A stretch of 55,435 bases of DNA from a virus (lineage: Duplodnaviria > Caudoviricetes): positions 1-55,435 of IMG/VR virus record IMGVR_UViG_3300019880_000002; one strand, 5' to 3'. Both the position numbers and the translations under genes were made by a program. Below, piece after piece: positions 1 through 10,161 of the stretch. Within the stretch, counting starts at the first letter, position 1. Every line of letters starts with the position of its first letter. The notes below the pieces were generated by a model that worked only from the letters and a program-made list of their open reading frames with translations, was not told where the DNA came from and ran no database searches.

Positions 1-126
1 AGCCTTGAGGAACGGAACGATGAAGTTCCACACAGTTGTCACAACAGCTGATATGACATTCCAAGCAGCTGTCCACAATCCTACAATGCCCGCAACAGCC
101 CAACTGAATACGAACACAACAGACGT
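1..126. repeat. Terminal direct repeat, copy 1 (circular assembly overlap)
   Basis: 1-126 is identical to 55304-55429, and the TMP reading frame continues through the junction. Confidence 0.95.
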
Positions 127-2478
127 GACGAACAAGTTGATGGATGCAAAGATCAAATTTATGATGGCAATGACGAACTGTCCGATGGAGCTGCCCCAGA
201 AGGTTTGCCATATGGTTGTAATGATAGCAGAGTAGCGACTGACCATCTCTACTATACCTGCCCAGATGCCTTGGAAGAAGCTAACAATGCCATTCCAAAT
301 GCCTACGAAGAATGCAGCAATGCTATTCCAGATGGCGACAGTATGTTCAGCTACCCAGCTCCAGCCCTTAGGAACGTTCACTACGAGCCAGTCGATCAAC
401 CACTTGATACCAACAACCAGTGCTACGATAGCGACGCCTACAGCTACGACAGCTGCAACGAAGGCTAGCATCGATAGGAGCACAGCACCAACGAATGCAC
501 CAGCTAGGATGACACCGACTACAACAGCTACCTTCATGAACTGCTTCACAAGCCATACCAGTGCACTGACGATCATGTCGATCGAACCCTTGTGTTCCTG
601 GTACTGCTTAGACAGCCATTCAATCGCGGGAGCGACTACGTGAGTAATGACCCAACCAACAGCTTGGAAGGCAGTCGCTAGAATCGACTTGATGAAGTTG
701 GCAACCTCTTTAAGAGCCGGAAGCATCTTCGAGATGAACAACTGGAACAGTTCTCGAACACTAGGCCCGACACGATTCTCCATGATGTCTGCAAGCTTAG
801 TCAACGCAGGACCCATATACTGATCCCATGCAGCCTTGACACCTTGTGCCGCAGGGACAACTACGTCGAGCCAGAACGACTTAAGAGCACTCGCCATGTC
901 GTGTAGAATGCCTCGGAAGGTAGCACTCTTCACCCAGGCAGTTACAAGTATTGCAGCGAATGCACCTAGCGCTGCAATAAGACCTACGACGACACCGATC
1001 ATCCAGAAGAAGGATGCACCAGCACCAATAATCGCAGCTGTGATACCTGCCAGCGCACCTAGAACGATAAGCACAGCGCCTGCAATGATCCCAAAGATGC
1101 TTACGATCAGAATACCAATTGCAATAACCTTCTGCATGCTAGGACTCAAGGCGTTGAAACCTTGCAGTAGCTTGTTCGCCCACTTCAATAGAACAATGAA
1201 GGCAGGCGTAACAGCATTGCCCATAGCTACCTGGAGGACTTTCCAGTTGTTACGTAGGAGCTGAGTTTGCGCAGCCATAGTACTAGCCATGGTGTTGTAT
1301 GCATTCTCGAATGCTCCATTAGCATTCTGCATGTCGTGCAAGAAGCCGATGTACTCATCGAGCTCACCTGGACGCAGCAATACTTGGTCTAGGAATCGCC
1401 GTGCTTGAATCGTTCCGCCAGCACCCTTGAAGATCTCAACCAGTGCCTTAACACGATCAGCATTCGGAAGTGCCAAGAGGTATGTCTGCAGGTTCTTAAG
1501 TGACTGCTCCATTGGCAACATGTTACCTGCTGCATCGCGAACCTTAATGCCTAGGTTCTCCATGCTAGTAACAGCCTTAGGATTCGACATAGCGTCGAGT
1601 GCTCGTGCAGCAGAAGAGGAAGCCATTGCAGCTGTAAGACCGTTACGAGTCAAGTACGCAAGCATGGCCGCGACAGTCTCAAAGCTCTGTCCAGCACGAG
1701 TCGCTGATGGAACAACTCGACCGAACACACTAGAGAAGTCTGCGTAGGTGCCAACACCCTTACGAACCAACTGGAACTGAATATCCAGCACGTCGTTAAC
1801 CTTCTCAAGCGGAATGTTGAACGCGTTGAGAATTGGAATCGTGCCTGAAGCTGCATCCTGAATAGACACCTGTCCAGCCACAGCTGTCTTAGCAAACGCA
1901 CCTAGCAGCATCTCGGCTTGCCCTAGGTTAGCGTTGGTCGAAGAGAGAATGTTATACAGTGCAGGCTGAATCTCTTCGAATGGTACAGCAATGTTTCTAG
2001 CGACCTTAAGACCTACCTGAGAGATCTCTTCCAGACTCGCCTTAAAGTTATCGACCTGGGTAGCTGTCAATGAAACTTGACGAGCGTACTCTTTAGCGAC
2101 ACTAATAGACTGACCCAGGAATACTAAACCAACAGCGCCCGCGATAGCTACACCAGAACCAACAGTGATTAGGGTAGCACTAACCGTATGCAAAGCATTG
2201 GCGTACCTAACAGCTTGACGATGAGCTCGTTCGAGTTCAGCCGCCTGCTGGTTAAGCTGACGTGCGATAAGCTTTTGTCCATCGATCTCGGCTCGGCTAG
2301 CTCCAGTAGCTGCAAGGTACGCAGCCCGCTCTGCAGCCAGCCCAGCACGATTTCGAAGGTTCTCAGCTTCCGCCAAGCGTCCGGCTCTGGTCAGCTCGCG
2401 ACCGAAACCTCGGATGACACGAGAGGCCTCGTCCCTTGCCTTAAGGACGAGGTAGAGGTTTCGTGTCGCGAGAGCCAT
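1..2478 (-). CDS. Tape measure protein, 5' part (continues at 55303-54635; about 1048 aa in total)
   Basis: ATG at 2478 directly after the chaperone G-T stop (MALATRNLYLVLKARDEAS...); same frame as ORF 54635..55420 across the overlap; Ala/Gly-rich; lies between tail chaperone and Dit. Confidence 0.9.
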   Translation of the reverse strand, partial: MALATRNLYLVLKARDEASRVIRGFGRELTRAGRLAEAENLRNRAGLAAERAAYLAATGASRAEIDGQKLIARQLNQQAAELERAHRQAVRYANALHTVSATLITVGSGVAIAGAVGLVFLGQSISVAKEYARQVSLTATQVDNFKASLEEISQVGLKVARNIAVPFEEIQPALYNILSSTNANLGQAEMLLGAFAKTAVAGQVSIQDAASGTIPILNAFNIPLEKVNDVLDIQFQLVRKGVGTYADFSSVFGRVVPSATRAGQSFETVAAMLAYLTRNGLTAAMASSSAARALDAMSNPKAVTSMENLGIKVRDAAGNMLPMEQSLKNLQTYLLALPNADRVKALVEIFKGAGGTIQARRFLDQVLLRPGELDEYIGFLHDMQNANGAFENAYNTMASTMAAQTQLLRNNWKVLQVAMGNAVTPAFIVLLKWANKLLQGFNALSPSMQKVIAIGILIVSIFGIIAGAVLIVLGALAGITAAIIGAGASFFWMIGVVVGLIAALGAFAAILVTAWVKSATFRGILHDMASALKSFWLDVVVPAAQGVKAAWDQYMGPALTKLADIMENRVGPSVRELFQLFISKMLPALKEVANFIKSILATAFQAVGWVITHVVAPAIEWLSKQYQEHKGSIDMIVSALVWLVKQFMKVAVVVGVILAGAFVGAVLLSMLAFVAAVVAVGVAIVALVVGIKWLIDWLVVNVPKGWSWVAEHTVAIWNSIAAFFVGIWNGIVSFFQGIWAGIVEMVSRYSAIITTIWQTFWGSSIGQFVIAIINLIFASINLFVTSVVFVFSWAVAGIVGLWTAAWNVISAVVTTVWNFIVPFLKA

Positions 2479-2714
2479 TTAAGCCGCCTTCTGCTTCGCC
2501 CTATCGAGTGCCGCCTTTTCGTTGTCAGCAATAAGGACTTGCTCGAATAGGAAAACGAAATATGCATCTTGGTCAAGAAGACCGCCAGCGCCTGGTAAGA
2601 CCTTCAGATTTTGACACATTCTCACCAAGCTAAGAATCTGACCTACTTCGTAGTCAGCTTCCCGATTCATGATGATTGATGCCCTGATCCGAAAGATGAG
2701 ATCAGGCTTGGTTA
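2479..2714 (-). CDS. Tail assembly chaperone G-T extension (-1 frame)
   Basis: The -1 frame after GGGAAAA reads ITKPDLIFRIRASIIMNREADY... into ORF 2479..2670. Confidence 0.85.
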
Positions 2715-3155
2715 TTTTCCCAACTCATCCTTAAGCGAAGTCTTTGCCTCACGCTCGAAGTCGTTCATGTCGCCAATGAGTGTGGAAATCTCATCGCCAA
2801 CACGAGGGTCGAGATTCTGCACGTCAGCTGGCTTGCGAAAGTCGAGTGGACGCTCACCCTTCGACTCGTCGTTCTCATCGATGAGTCCCGTCAAGTTGTG
2901 ATCAACAATACACTTGGCAAACTCTGCCAACGTAACGAACTCATTGATCAGGGACACTTCAGCATCGACGTTCCGCGAACCTTCTTTGGAGCTATCCATC
3001 GCGAAGCGCATCTTCATCGCTTCGGCATCCTTATGGAGTTTCTCTCCATAAGCCAAACGACGGAGCTCGACCCAACCACCTGCATCCCCGTTTACACCAG
3101 GAAGCGTAGTCAGTTCGAATCGCTCCGTCGTCTTTACAACTGTAGCCCTTGCCAT
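2712..3155 (-). CDS. Tail assembly chaperone (G)
   Basis: MARATVVKTT..., 147 aa, just upstream of TMP, ends on a slippery heptamer. Confidence 0.85.
   Translation of the reverse strand: MARATVVKTTERFELTTLPGVNGDAGGWVELRRLAYGEKLHKDAEAMKMRFAMDSSKEGSRNVDAEVSLINEFVTLAEFAKCIVDHNLTGLIDENDESKGERPLDFRKPADVQNLDPRVGDEISTLIGDMNDFEREAKTSLKDELGK
2715..2721 (-). other. Programmed -1 frameshift site GGGAAAA
   Basis: X XXY YYZ heptamer immediately before the TAA of the chaperone gene, with an open -1 frame to 2479. Confidence 0.85.
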
Positions 3156-3240
3156 TCTCTTCACCCTCCGATATGACGTGGTCAGCCGGTCCGTGTGTTT
3201 GTAAGCCCACAGGGCGGCTTTAAGTAATGCAAGTCTCAAC

Positions 3241-3340
3241 CTAAGAGACCTTTGTTAGACAAACCTGCTGGTGTTTGTATCTAGAGTGTAGATTCATTTA
3301 GTCTCTTGTGGTATCTCTATGGTCTTATTAACGTCTCTTA
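3241..3340. repeat. AT-rich GAGAC/GTCTC palindromic element, copy 1 of 4
   Basis: CTAAGAGACCTTTGTTAGACAAAC matches 30497-30520 at 23/24; 3290-3304 is the exact reverse complement of 19493-19507. Confidence 0.75.
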
Positions 3341-3593
3341 TGATTGCTAGGCTTTGATCAATTGGGACATCGATCTGGTGTGCCCGCAGAGCTTCAATGA
3401 GTGCGACTTGGTACCGCAGGGAGTCTGTACGCTGTTGGTTAACGAGCGTATGCACTTGCTCAACTTGTTCGTGTGTCTTCCTGCTTTGCCGTAAGATTGG
3501 AATCAGAACAGTAATAGCCGTCACCAAGCCACCTAGTGCTATAAGCACGGTTGCGCTGGCTGTGATGATCCCTGCTACTGTTGAGTCTGGCAT
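3294..3593 (-). CDS. Membrane protein (N-terminal TM plus coiled coil; holin-like)
   Basis: MPDSTVAGIITASATVLIALGGLVTAITVLIPIL hydrophobic stretch; start abuts the tail tube stop. Confidence 0.65.
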   Translation of the reverse strand: MPDSTVAGIITASATVLIALGGLVTAITVLIPILRQSRKTHEQVEQVHTLVNQQRTDSLRYQVALIEALRAHQIDVPIDQSLAIIRDVNKTIEIPQETK

Positions 3594-3594
3594 A

Positions 3595-4857
3595 TTAGGA
3601 AACGTTCTCCTGCGTCTTGATCGTGATCGTGTACGAGTTGCCCGCACCATCGATTGCCATCTGGTACGCGATGCTTCCTCGGATCAGATCACCTTCACCA
3701 CTCAAGCCCAGCTCGTAAGTGTCCTTGACAGTCACCGGAGTCAGAAGAGCAATAGAGTTGTTCGCACCCTTGGAAGCTGTGAGCGTAACCGTCTGGGACG
3801 TCAGTGCCTTGAAGGCATCGAAGTCCGTTCGATCGACGAAGTCCCGCTCCGCCGTAAGGCTCATTGAACGCTCACCGAACTTGATGAACTGAGCCCCGCG
3901 TCCAGTGTTCTTGAGACGGTACTGAGGCTCGGCATTGTCTTCGCAGGTCCACTCGAAGGAGTCAACATCGAAGACAGCCGTGGCGGTCGGGATCTCCATG
4001 CTGTACTGACCGGCACCGAACGGTACGGACGTAGTGAACGAAGGCACAGGAAGTGACTGCGAAGCTTCGTCACGACCGACGATGCCTACCGTCAGCATGA
4101 GCATGCCATCTGTGATGGTAAACTTAAAGCTCCCGACAACGCATCCAACGAATCCGAACACGGCACCATTGCGTTCGATCGTCACGCTCAGTGTGCGCTG
4201 TGGGACTGCCGCAGGTGTAGGCGTGCACACGTAGGTGAAGTTGGTAGGTCCACCAGACTTGACGATTGCAGTTCGCGAAGCGTACAGCCAATGGATGACG
4301 ACGTCTTCCAACGCCTCCATCTCGATGTCACCTTCAACGTGTACGTCACCAGCAACAGCTCCGACGATGTCTGCCGTCTTACGAATCGGACGACGCCAGT
4401 TCGTTGCCTGCTGGAACTGAAGCGACTCGGAGTTGATCGGGAAGAACTTCCCAGGTGCTACGTACACGCCACCATTGCTGGCTGTGTTCACCAATGGGAA
4501 AGCTCCCGCAGGTGCTCCGACTGCTGCATCATTGAACGTTGTAACTGCGCCGACAGTCGTAAGCAAGAGCTCAGAGCCTGTAGCACCAGCAGCAGCTGTC
4601 CGATAAATCTTGTAGCCAGTAGCACCTGATACTGCAGCCCAGAGAAGGGTAAGTGTAAGGTTACCGGCTGAGGTTGTTCCGGTGAGCTCGTTCGAAATCG
4701 TCGTCTCACCGAAGGTGTTGATCGCCGTGATGTAGTACTTGTACGTTCCAGCGGTAAGAGCACCGCCGGCAACAGGTGTAGCAGAAGTGGCAACAGGCGG
4801 CAGCAATACCTCGGCGGCAAGGCCACACTGTCCACTAGCACCAATGCCCGGTGGCAT
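3595..4857 (-). CDS. Major tail (tube) protein with inserted FN3/Ig-like domain
   Basis: GASGQCGLAAE...YVAPGKFFPINSESL tube-type N-terminus interrupted by about 110 aa of beta-rich sequence; position upstream of the chaperone. Confidence 0.85.
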   Translation of the reverse strand: MPPGIGASGQCGLAAEVLLPPVATSATPVAGGALTAGTYKYYITAINTFGETTISNELTGTTSAGNLTLTLLWAAVSGATGYKIYRTAAAGATGSELLLTTVGAVTTFNDAAVGAPAGAFPLVNTASNGGVYVAPGKFFPINSESLQFQQATNWRRPIRKTADIVGAVAGDVHVEGDIEMEALEDVVIHWLYASRTAIVKSGGPTNFTYVCTPTPAAVPQRTLSVTIERNGAVFGFVGCVVGSFKFTITDGMLMLTVGIVGRDEASQSLPVPSFTTSVPFGAGQYSMEIPTATAVFDVDSFEWTCEDNAEPQYRLKNTGRGAQFIKFGERSMSLTAERDFVDRTDFDAFKALTSQTVTLTASKGANNSIALLTPVTVKDTYELGLSGEGDLIRGSIAYQMAIDGAGNSYTITIKTQENVS

Positions 4858-5085
4858 TTAGACCTCCTCTGTTTCGGTCGCGTCCTGCTCCTCGATGACC
4901 CGAGCAGTAAGTACAACGGACGGCGCGAAGTTGCCCTTGCCGATCTTGTACCCATTGATCTTCTCGAACAGCTCGAGAGTGTGTGCGCTTAGCACCTTGG
5001 TCTCACCAGCGACGAACTCGCCGACCGTCGGAATCTGGCAAGGGTACTCTGACCTCACCTCGAACTGTATACTCACTGCAGTCAT
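4858..5085 (-). CDS. Hypothetical virion protein
   Basis: 75-aa ORF with RBS, tightly packed in the structural operon. Confidence 0.7.
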   Translation of the reverse strand: MTAVSIQFEVRSEYPCQIPTVGEFVAGETKVLSAHTLELFEKINGYKIGKGNFAPSVVLTARVIEEQDATETEEV

Positions 5086-5098
5086 GGTACTCCTTGTC

Positions 5099-5572
5099 TC
5101 ATGCTACCGGCAGCGACGTTTTGTTCTTGCCGTACCAAGTCAGTCGAGCCGACCTGTACAACGTTTCCCTCTTGTACGTGTATCCTGATTCGTTGTTACG
5201 AACGAAGCCATGAATCACGTTTGGTGTTACTCCACCATTTGTGAGTTGCAAGTCTTGGTGTACCAGCATCTCGATGTCGTATGCGATCTGGTCGCACTCT
5301 AGTCGAGTCAGCTGATTCTCCTGTACTTTATTATGGTAGACCAAGATATAAATCTCGAACTCGTTTTGTGTCATGCTAGGTGCGCCGTCGAGCTGGCGTG
5401 TCTTATCACCAGGCTCCACACAAACCGACGGAGTAGCAGGAATTCGATCTTGGTCGCCATAAAAGACATCAACTACAGGAACTCGAAACGTAGCTTTAGC
5501 TGCATCGATCTTAGCAACCAGGAGTTGCGCAATGACTGATATGTCTGACGTGTAAGGATATGGACCTGTCAT
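5099..5572 (-). CDS. Tail terminator / tail completion protein
   Basis: Position and size; FYGDQDRIPATPSVCVEP motif; ATGA overlap with the upstream gene. Confidence 0.65.
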   Translation of the reverse strand: MTGPYPYTSDISVIAQLLVAKIDAAKATFRVPVVDVFYGDQDRIPATPSVCVEPGDKTRQLDGAPSMTQNEFEIYILVYHNKVQENQLTRLECDQIAYDIEMLVHQDLQLTNGGVTPNVIHGFVRNNESGYTYKRETLYRSARLTWYGKNKTSLPVA

Positions 5573-6258
5573 CCGAGGTTCCAACTCCTTCCGACTTGAT
5601 CAGCTCGATCTTCCATCCAGTCAATGAAGATCTCCTGGATCTCTTCGATGTCCGAGACTTGGAATAGAGCGAACTCTCGTGCAGGGATCACAATCTTGCT
5701 TTGCTTCTTAGCTGGAGTTGCGCCGAGGAACAACTCCATAGCACGATCCTGAATTTCCTGAGCAGTCGCTCGAGGTCCAAGTTGCTTACGTGCAATCTGT
5801 CCAATGCTGCCGTAGCCTTCCTGGTGGATGTTTCCATACCAGACTGCGGAAGGTAGTGCACGGATAGAAGCTGACGTTTGTCCGATAGTCCAGACGGAGA
5901 AGCTACTCGCTACAGCTCGCAGGGCACCAGTACGTATAAGGATAGGCCGAGAACTACCTCGGACCTTAACTGTGTACGATGCTAGTGGTTCCCAAGGTTC
6001 GGGCCTACCACCCTGCTCGAAGTTCTTACGAATGGATGGCATCATCACAAGTCGGATTGCCTTCTCAAGAGGCACTCTGTACGACCTGATATCAATGCCG
6101 AGTCGGTCGATATCCTTCGCGACGATACCCAGCGAAGGATGGAATGACCAACCAGCGTAGAGAACTCGATCGAACCGAACTCCACCATAAATGGATCGCT
6201 TGATATCCGACAAGCGCAGTGGGGAGTTTAAGATAGGTTCGCGAGGAAGATCAGCCAT
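5569..6258 (-). CDS. Neck / virion morphogenesis protein (Mu gpG-like)
   Basis: NFEQGGRPEPWEPL..., ILIRTGAL, YGNIHQEG and IPAREF motifs typical of the family. Confidence 0.75.
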   Translation of the reverse strand: MADLPREPILNSPLRLSDIKRSIYGGVRFDRVLYAGWSFHPSLGIVAKDIDRLGIDIRSYRVPLEKAIRLVMMPSIRKNFEQGGRPEPWEPLASYTVKVRGSSRPILIRTGALRAVASSFSVWTIGQTSASIRALPSAVWYGNIHQEGYGSIGQIARKQLGPRATAQEIQDRAMELFLGATPAKKQSKIVIPAREFALFQVSDIEEIQEIFIDWMEDRADQVGRSWNLG

Positions 6259-6268
6259 ACACCCTCCT

Positions 6269-6718
6269 CTAGAAGCGCATTCCCATCGAGAATGCGGCTG
6301 GACCTAGGGAAGGATCTTCCAACGTAGGCTCCATGGCAGAGGAGGCATCCGTTGGGTAGAACACAGGGGAACCGGAAATGTCCACGATCCCTGGAAGCTC
6401 AATAGTACCGGCGAGCAAACCTGCGATGAGGTTGTTTGCGTTTTCCTTCAGCCGGTCAGCGTAGTTGTTTCCAACCTCGATGTCCTCGGAGTACTGCTTG
6501 TCATACAACCAAGCTATGTACAGCTTCGAGATGATGGTGCGCACGAGCTTGGGAGTTGTGAGTGTGTCGACCCAAGTATCGGAAGTGTCAGTAATGCTTC
6601 CGAGCTGAACAACTACCTCTTCCTCGATATGCTCGAGAAGGGGTAGGTCGAGGGAGGCGATAGTCAGCTTCGTGCCTTCGGCCCATGCTTGCGCTTCCGC
6701 AATGCTGATCCTAGACAT
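6269..6718 (-). CDS. Head-tail adaptor (Mu gp36-like)
   Basis: 149 aa after the capsid genes; TPKLVRTIISKLYIAWLY pattern. Confidence 0.65.
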   Translation of the reverse strand: MSRISIAEAQAWAEGTKLTIASLDLPLLEHIEEEVVVQLGSITDTSDTWVDTLTTPKLVRTIISKLYIAWLYDKQYSEDIEVGNNYADRLKENANNLIAGLLAGTIELPGIVDISGSPVFYPTDASSAMEPTLEDPSLGPAAFSMGMRF

Positions 6719-6753
6719 ATCGCCACCCTCCCTACAACCTGTTACTTACTTGG

Positions 6754-7041
6754 TTACGGCTCGACCGGAGGTTCAACCGGCTCAGCAGAGGCCGCCTCGA
6801 CCTCGGCGTCGAGCTCAGTGTTCTTAGCGATCAGGTCGTCAACGGCAGTGAGCGCCGCGGAGGTATCGCCGGCCGCGATGAGACGACGTACGTCCTTGAG
6901 CAGCTCGACCTGTCCAGTCTGGAGGTCTGCAAGCTTCGCAAGCAGATCGGCCATGTTAGCCATGAACTGTTCTCCTTCTTGTATGAGGGACGTGAAACTC
7001 TGAATACTTTCGTAGAGCTTCAGAATTGCCGGATCAGTCAT
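6754..7041 (-). CDS. Hypothetical coiled-coil protein
   Basis: Helical ORF within the head operon. Confidence 0.6.
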   Translation of the reverse strand: MTDPAILKLYESIQSFTSLIQEGEQFMANMADLLAKLADLQTGQVELLKDVRRLIAAGDTSAALTAVDDLIAKNTELDAEVEAASAEPVEPPVEP

Positions 7042-7043
7042 GA

Positions 7044-7433
7044 TTACTTCGCAGGAGGTGTCGTTGCCTTCTTAGGAGCCGGAGTTTCTTCCTTCTTCTC
7101 CGATTCCTTGACTTCGATGATCTCACCAGTCACCGTGTCACGAACGACCTCAGCATCGCCTGCAGGGCTCTCGCCCTCCGGCACAGCGTTCTCAGCATTG
7201 GTCTTGTCTGCACGAAGCTTGGAAAGTTCCAGCTCGAGGTCCGCGATCTTCTTATCGCGCTCATCCGGCTTCTCGTCGTCCGGATCACGCTCGGTCAGGA
7301 CTCCAGCTTCCCAAAGCGCGACCATCGCTTCCTTGGAGAGGCCCTCGACTACGTCACCGGGCTGGAAGACCTTGTCCTCATTCGGAGCATCGCCGTGAAC
7401 GATCTTGCTCGTTGCAAAGTACTGCTTCGCCAT
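7044..7433 (-). CDS. Hypothetical head-associated protein
   Basis: GGAGG RBS; directly follows the major capsid gene. Confidence 0.75.
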   Translation of the reverse strand: MAKQYFATSKIVHGDAPNEDKVFQPGDVVEGLSKEAMVALWEAGVLTERDPDDEKPDERDKKIADLELELSKLRADKTNAENAVPEGESPAGDAEVVRDTVTGEIIEVKESEKKEETPAPKKATTPPAK

Positions 7434-7446
7434 CTTACACCTCCCC

Positions 7447-8439
7447 TTACGCTACAGCGGTCTTGATCAGGTAGCCGGCAATGGCCTTACCAGCATCGGC
7501 GGTGCCCGGGTCGCCCTGAGCAACCAGCTTGAGGTCGTAGTAACGGCAAACCCGAACCAGATCGGACTTCCGCTTCTCCTCACGCCAGCGATCCACGTAC
7601 TGCATCGAGCCACCCGGGTTGCCGGACCAGCCGAACTCGTACCCGAAGGCAGGAACCTTCAGGCCAGCACGCTCTGGTACCCATGCCAGGATGATGTCCT
7701 TGCCCCAGAGGTAACCGAGCGACGCCGGTTGACCCAGAAGAGCATTGTCGATGCCAACGCCTGGGATGATAACCTCACCCAGACCAATCACCGCGGCGAT
7801 CAGCTCGGACGAAACGATGCCTCGCTCCGAGTACTTGATGCGCTCGATGAAGTCGGGGTGATCCTCCAGGATAGTCATGACCTGGTAGGGAATCACCGCC
7901 TTGTTTGGCTCCATGAAGATGCGAGCGTGTACAGCCGACTTGCCCGTACGGAGCACCGAGATCGGATCCGAGTTGACATAGTCGTTGAACTGTGAGGTAC
8001 CAGACAGCGTCACCGTGTTGGTCGAGGCGTAGTTGGCAGCAGTCGTGGCGAGGTCCTTCATGGCCTTCTCGCGACCGAGCCACACCTTGGACGTGACGAG
8101 CTCAGTGCCATCGCGATCCGGAGACAACGGACTGTCGGCGTTCCACCGCTCTTCGTCAGTCACCGGAATCTGAAGCGAGTGCTCCTGTGCGTAGTACGTA
8201 TCGGTCGAAAGCGCGAAGCCAGGAATCTCATTGGCTTCCGTTCCCGGCGCACGAACGTCGTTCTGAACGCTCCAGCCTTCACGGCCGAAGACGTAGTACT
8301 TGTCAGACTGCTTACGGACAGGAACGACGGGGAAAAGACGTTCTCCCACGAGACCGTTGTTTGGCCATGCCACACTGATGTTCGTAAGAATCTGATCGAT
8401 GTGAACGTTGACCGAACCTGTCGGGTTGTAAACTGGCAC
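7447..8439 (-). CDS. Major capsid protein
   Basis: 330 aa; HIDQILTNISVAW...FPVVPV..., VRAPGTEA and PAFGYEF motifs; position after protease and decoration genes. Confidence 0.9.
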   Translation of the reverse strand: MPVYNPTGSVNVHIDQILTNISVAWPNNGLVGERLFPVVPVRKQSDKYYVFGREGWSVQNDVRAPGTEANEIPGFALSTDTYYAQEHSLQIPVTDEERWNADSPLSPDRDGTELVTSKVWLGREKAMKDLATTAANYASTNTVTLSGTSQFNDYVNSDPISVLRTGKSAVHARIFMEPNKAVIPYQVMTILEDHPDFIERIKYSERGIVSSELIAAVIGLGEVIIPGVGIDNALLGQPASLGYLWGKDIILAWVPERAGLKVPAFGYEFGWSGNPGGSMQYVDRWREEKRKSDLVRVCRYYDLKLVAQGDPGTADAGKAIAGYLIKTAVA

Positions 8440-8457
8440 TTCTTCCCTCCCTTCAGG

Positions 8458-8907
8458 TTACGATAGGACCGCGCCGACGCCAGGCGTCAGCAGCACATCG
8501 ATGAGGTCGCCGGCGGCAGGAGTACCGATCGGCACGGGGCCAACTACGATGCCGAGCACGGCGTTGGTTGTAACTGCCAACTTGACGCCGCCTGAGTTCG
8601 CGCCTGTACCGCTTGGCGCAACCCTCGAACCAAGAACGATCGTACCAGGCGTGTCAGAAACACGCACCTTGGTGATGCCCAAGATTCGAACATCGACCAC
8701 AGCCTTGCCAAGAGCAACCTTGGTAGCATCGACGTTCTCCTGGACAACACCAATGCTGAATGCCGTAGCAGTAGCATTCAGGTCGATCTTGCCGGTCGCG
8801 CTGTTGATCGCAACACAACGGTACGCGAGCACACCAGCCACAGCGGAAGAGTTGTACGTCGCAAGGACATCAAAGCCCTTGTCAAGTACGTAGTTTGCTC
8901 CAGCCAT
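8458..8907 (-). CDS. Capsid decoration/cement protein
   Basis: Small Gly/Ala/Val-rich beta protein ending AAGDLIDVLL, between scaffold and capsid genes. Confidence 0.75.
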   Translation of the reverse strand: MAGANYVLDKGFDVLATYNSSAVAGVLAYRCVAINSATGKIDLNATATAFSIGVVQENVDATKVALGKAVVDVRILGITKVRVSDTPGTIVLGSRVAPSGTGANSGGVKLAVTTNAVLGIVVGPVPIGTPAAGDLIDVLLTPGVGAVLS

Positions 8908-8922
8908 CTAGTTCACCTCCCC

Positions 8923-10089
8923 TTACGCCTTGAACTGGTAGGTAGCTTCGCGGTAGTCAGCGAAGAGCTGCGGGTTCTCACGAGCGATGACCTCAACGGC
9001 CGACCCGTAGTTGGAACCCTTGTTGGTGTCCATGTACTGCTGAATCATGTCGTTGAAACGCTTGGTGGCATCAGACTCTTCAAGCCGACGACCAGAGTGA
9101 CCCAGTTCGGACAGATCCACCATCGCGGTACCGTTCATGACCTTGCCCATGAACTCAAACAACGCCTTGGCCGCCTCAGGAGTCGACTTCAGCATGATGT
9201 TCTTGACTTCCTCTTTGACAGAAGGAGCCAGGGCGTACGTCTTGCCACGCTGCAGCTCGGCGAGCTGGGAGTTAACCTCCGTCAGCCGCATTGCCGTCTG
9301 CATCTCGGTGAGCTTCTTGTCCTTCTCCTGAACCTCAGCGAACATCTTTGCGAACGCGGGGCTCGCTTCGACGAGACGCATGAGCTCCGGGTCAAGGCCC
9401 TCGGTCGGGTCCTTCTTCAGCTTCTCGACTTCTTCGCCGAGCTTCTTGTTGTCTTCCGTCAACTTGACGACGCCCGAGGCCATCTCACCCAGCTTGGCGA
9501 GTACTTGCTCTTCGGTCGAAGTTTCGGCTAGACCAAGAAGCGTGCACAGCTTCTTTAGATCCACTTCTGCCTCCGGTGTGGGTGGTGCCTTGGGCGGTCC
9601 TTCAGACAGAAGCTCCGACAAGTTCACAGGCAGGAGGTTCTTCATAAATGGCCGATTAGTAAGACCACCACCGAAGAGAACGTCCTTGTGTGACGAGCCA
9701 GTAGCGTCCGTCCACTCGTCGACGAACTCCGCCGAGAAGTAACGGTACTCCTTGTCCTTGATCGACTGGGCTGCAGCAGGCGTAAAGTCAACCTGCAAAT
9801 GCAAGCCATCACTTTCGACCTTAGCATCCTTGACCCATCCAGCAGCCAAGTTACCCTTTACAGGGTCAGCCTTATGATCGTAGTCGATATCAGGATCGAT
9901 ACCGCGCGTCTTGGTCTTGACACTATTCGCCAGCGCGGTCAACTTAGATGCGTCGAAATCCATCTTGCCGTACAGCGGATGCTGGTACTGACCGAATGGA
10001 AGTGCATGCACCCAGGTCGTAGCACCTCCGCTTGTATCACTCAGAGTAACCTTCGCGAGGTCGACCCACCAGCCAAAGTGCTTTTCCAT
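8923..10089 (-). CDS. Prohead protease-scaffold (Mu gpI-like)
   Basis: IDYDH, AAGWV, EYRYFSAEF and GLTNRPF protease motifs, followed by a coiled-coil C-terminus. Confidence 0.9.
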   Translation of the reverse strand: MEKHFGWWVDLAKVTLSDTSGGATTWVHALPFGQYQHPLYGKMDFDASKLTALANSVKTKTRGIDPDIDYDHKADPVKGNLAAGWVKDAKVESDGLHLQVDFTPAAAQSIKDKEYRYFSAEFVDEWTDATGSSHKDVLFGGGLTNRPFMKNLLPVNLSELLSEGPPKAPPTPEAEVDLKKLCTLLGLAETSTEEQVLAKLGEMASGVVKLTEDNKKLGEEVEKLKKDPTEGLDPELMRLVEASPAFAKMFAEVQEKDKKLTEMQTAMRLTEVNSQLAELQRGKTYALAPSVKEEVKNIMLKSTPEAAKALFEFMGKVMNGTAMVDLSELGHSGRRLEESDATKRFNDMIQQYMDTNKGSNYGSAVEVIARENPQLFADYREATYQFKA

Positions 10090-10112
10090 CTTTGCGGTAC
10101 CTCCTCACATTG

Positions 10113-10161
10113 ATTATATCATATCCAACGCTTCCGGGCCAACAATTCACTATATCTCAGT
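10113..10161 (-). promoter_or_regulatory. Putative late promoter for the head operon
   Basis: TTGGCC-N18-TATAAT with a 25-nt box shared (24/25) with 19382-19406. Confidence 0.75.
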
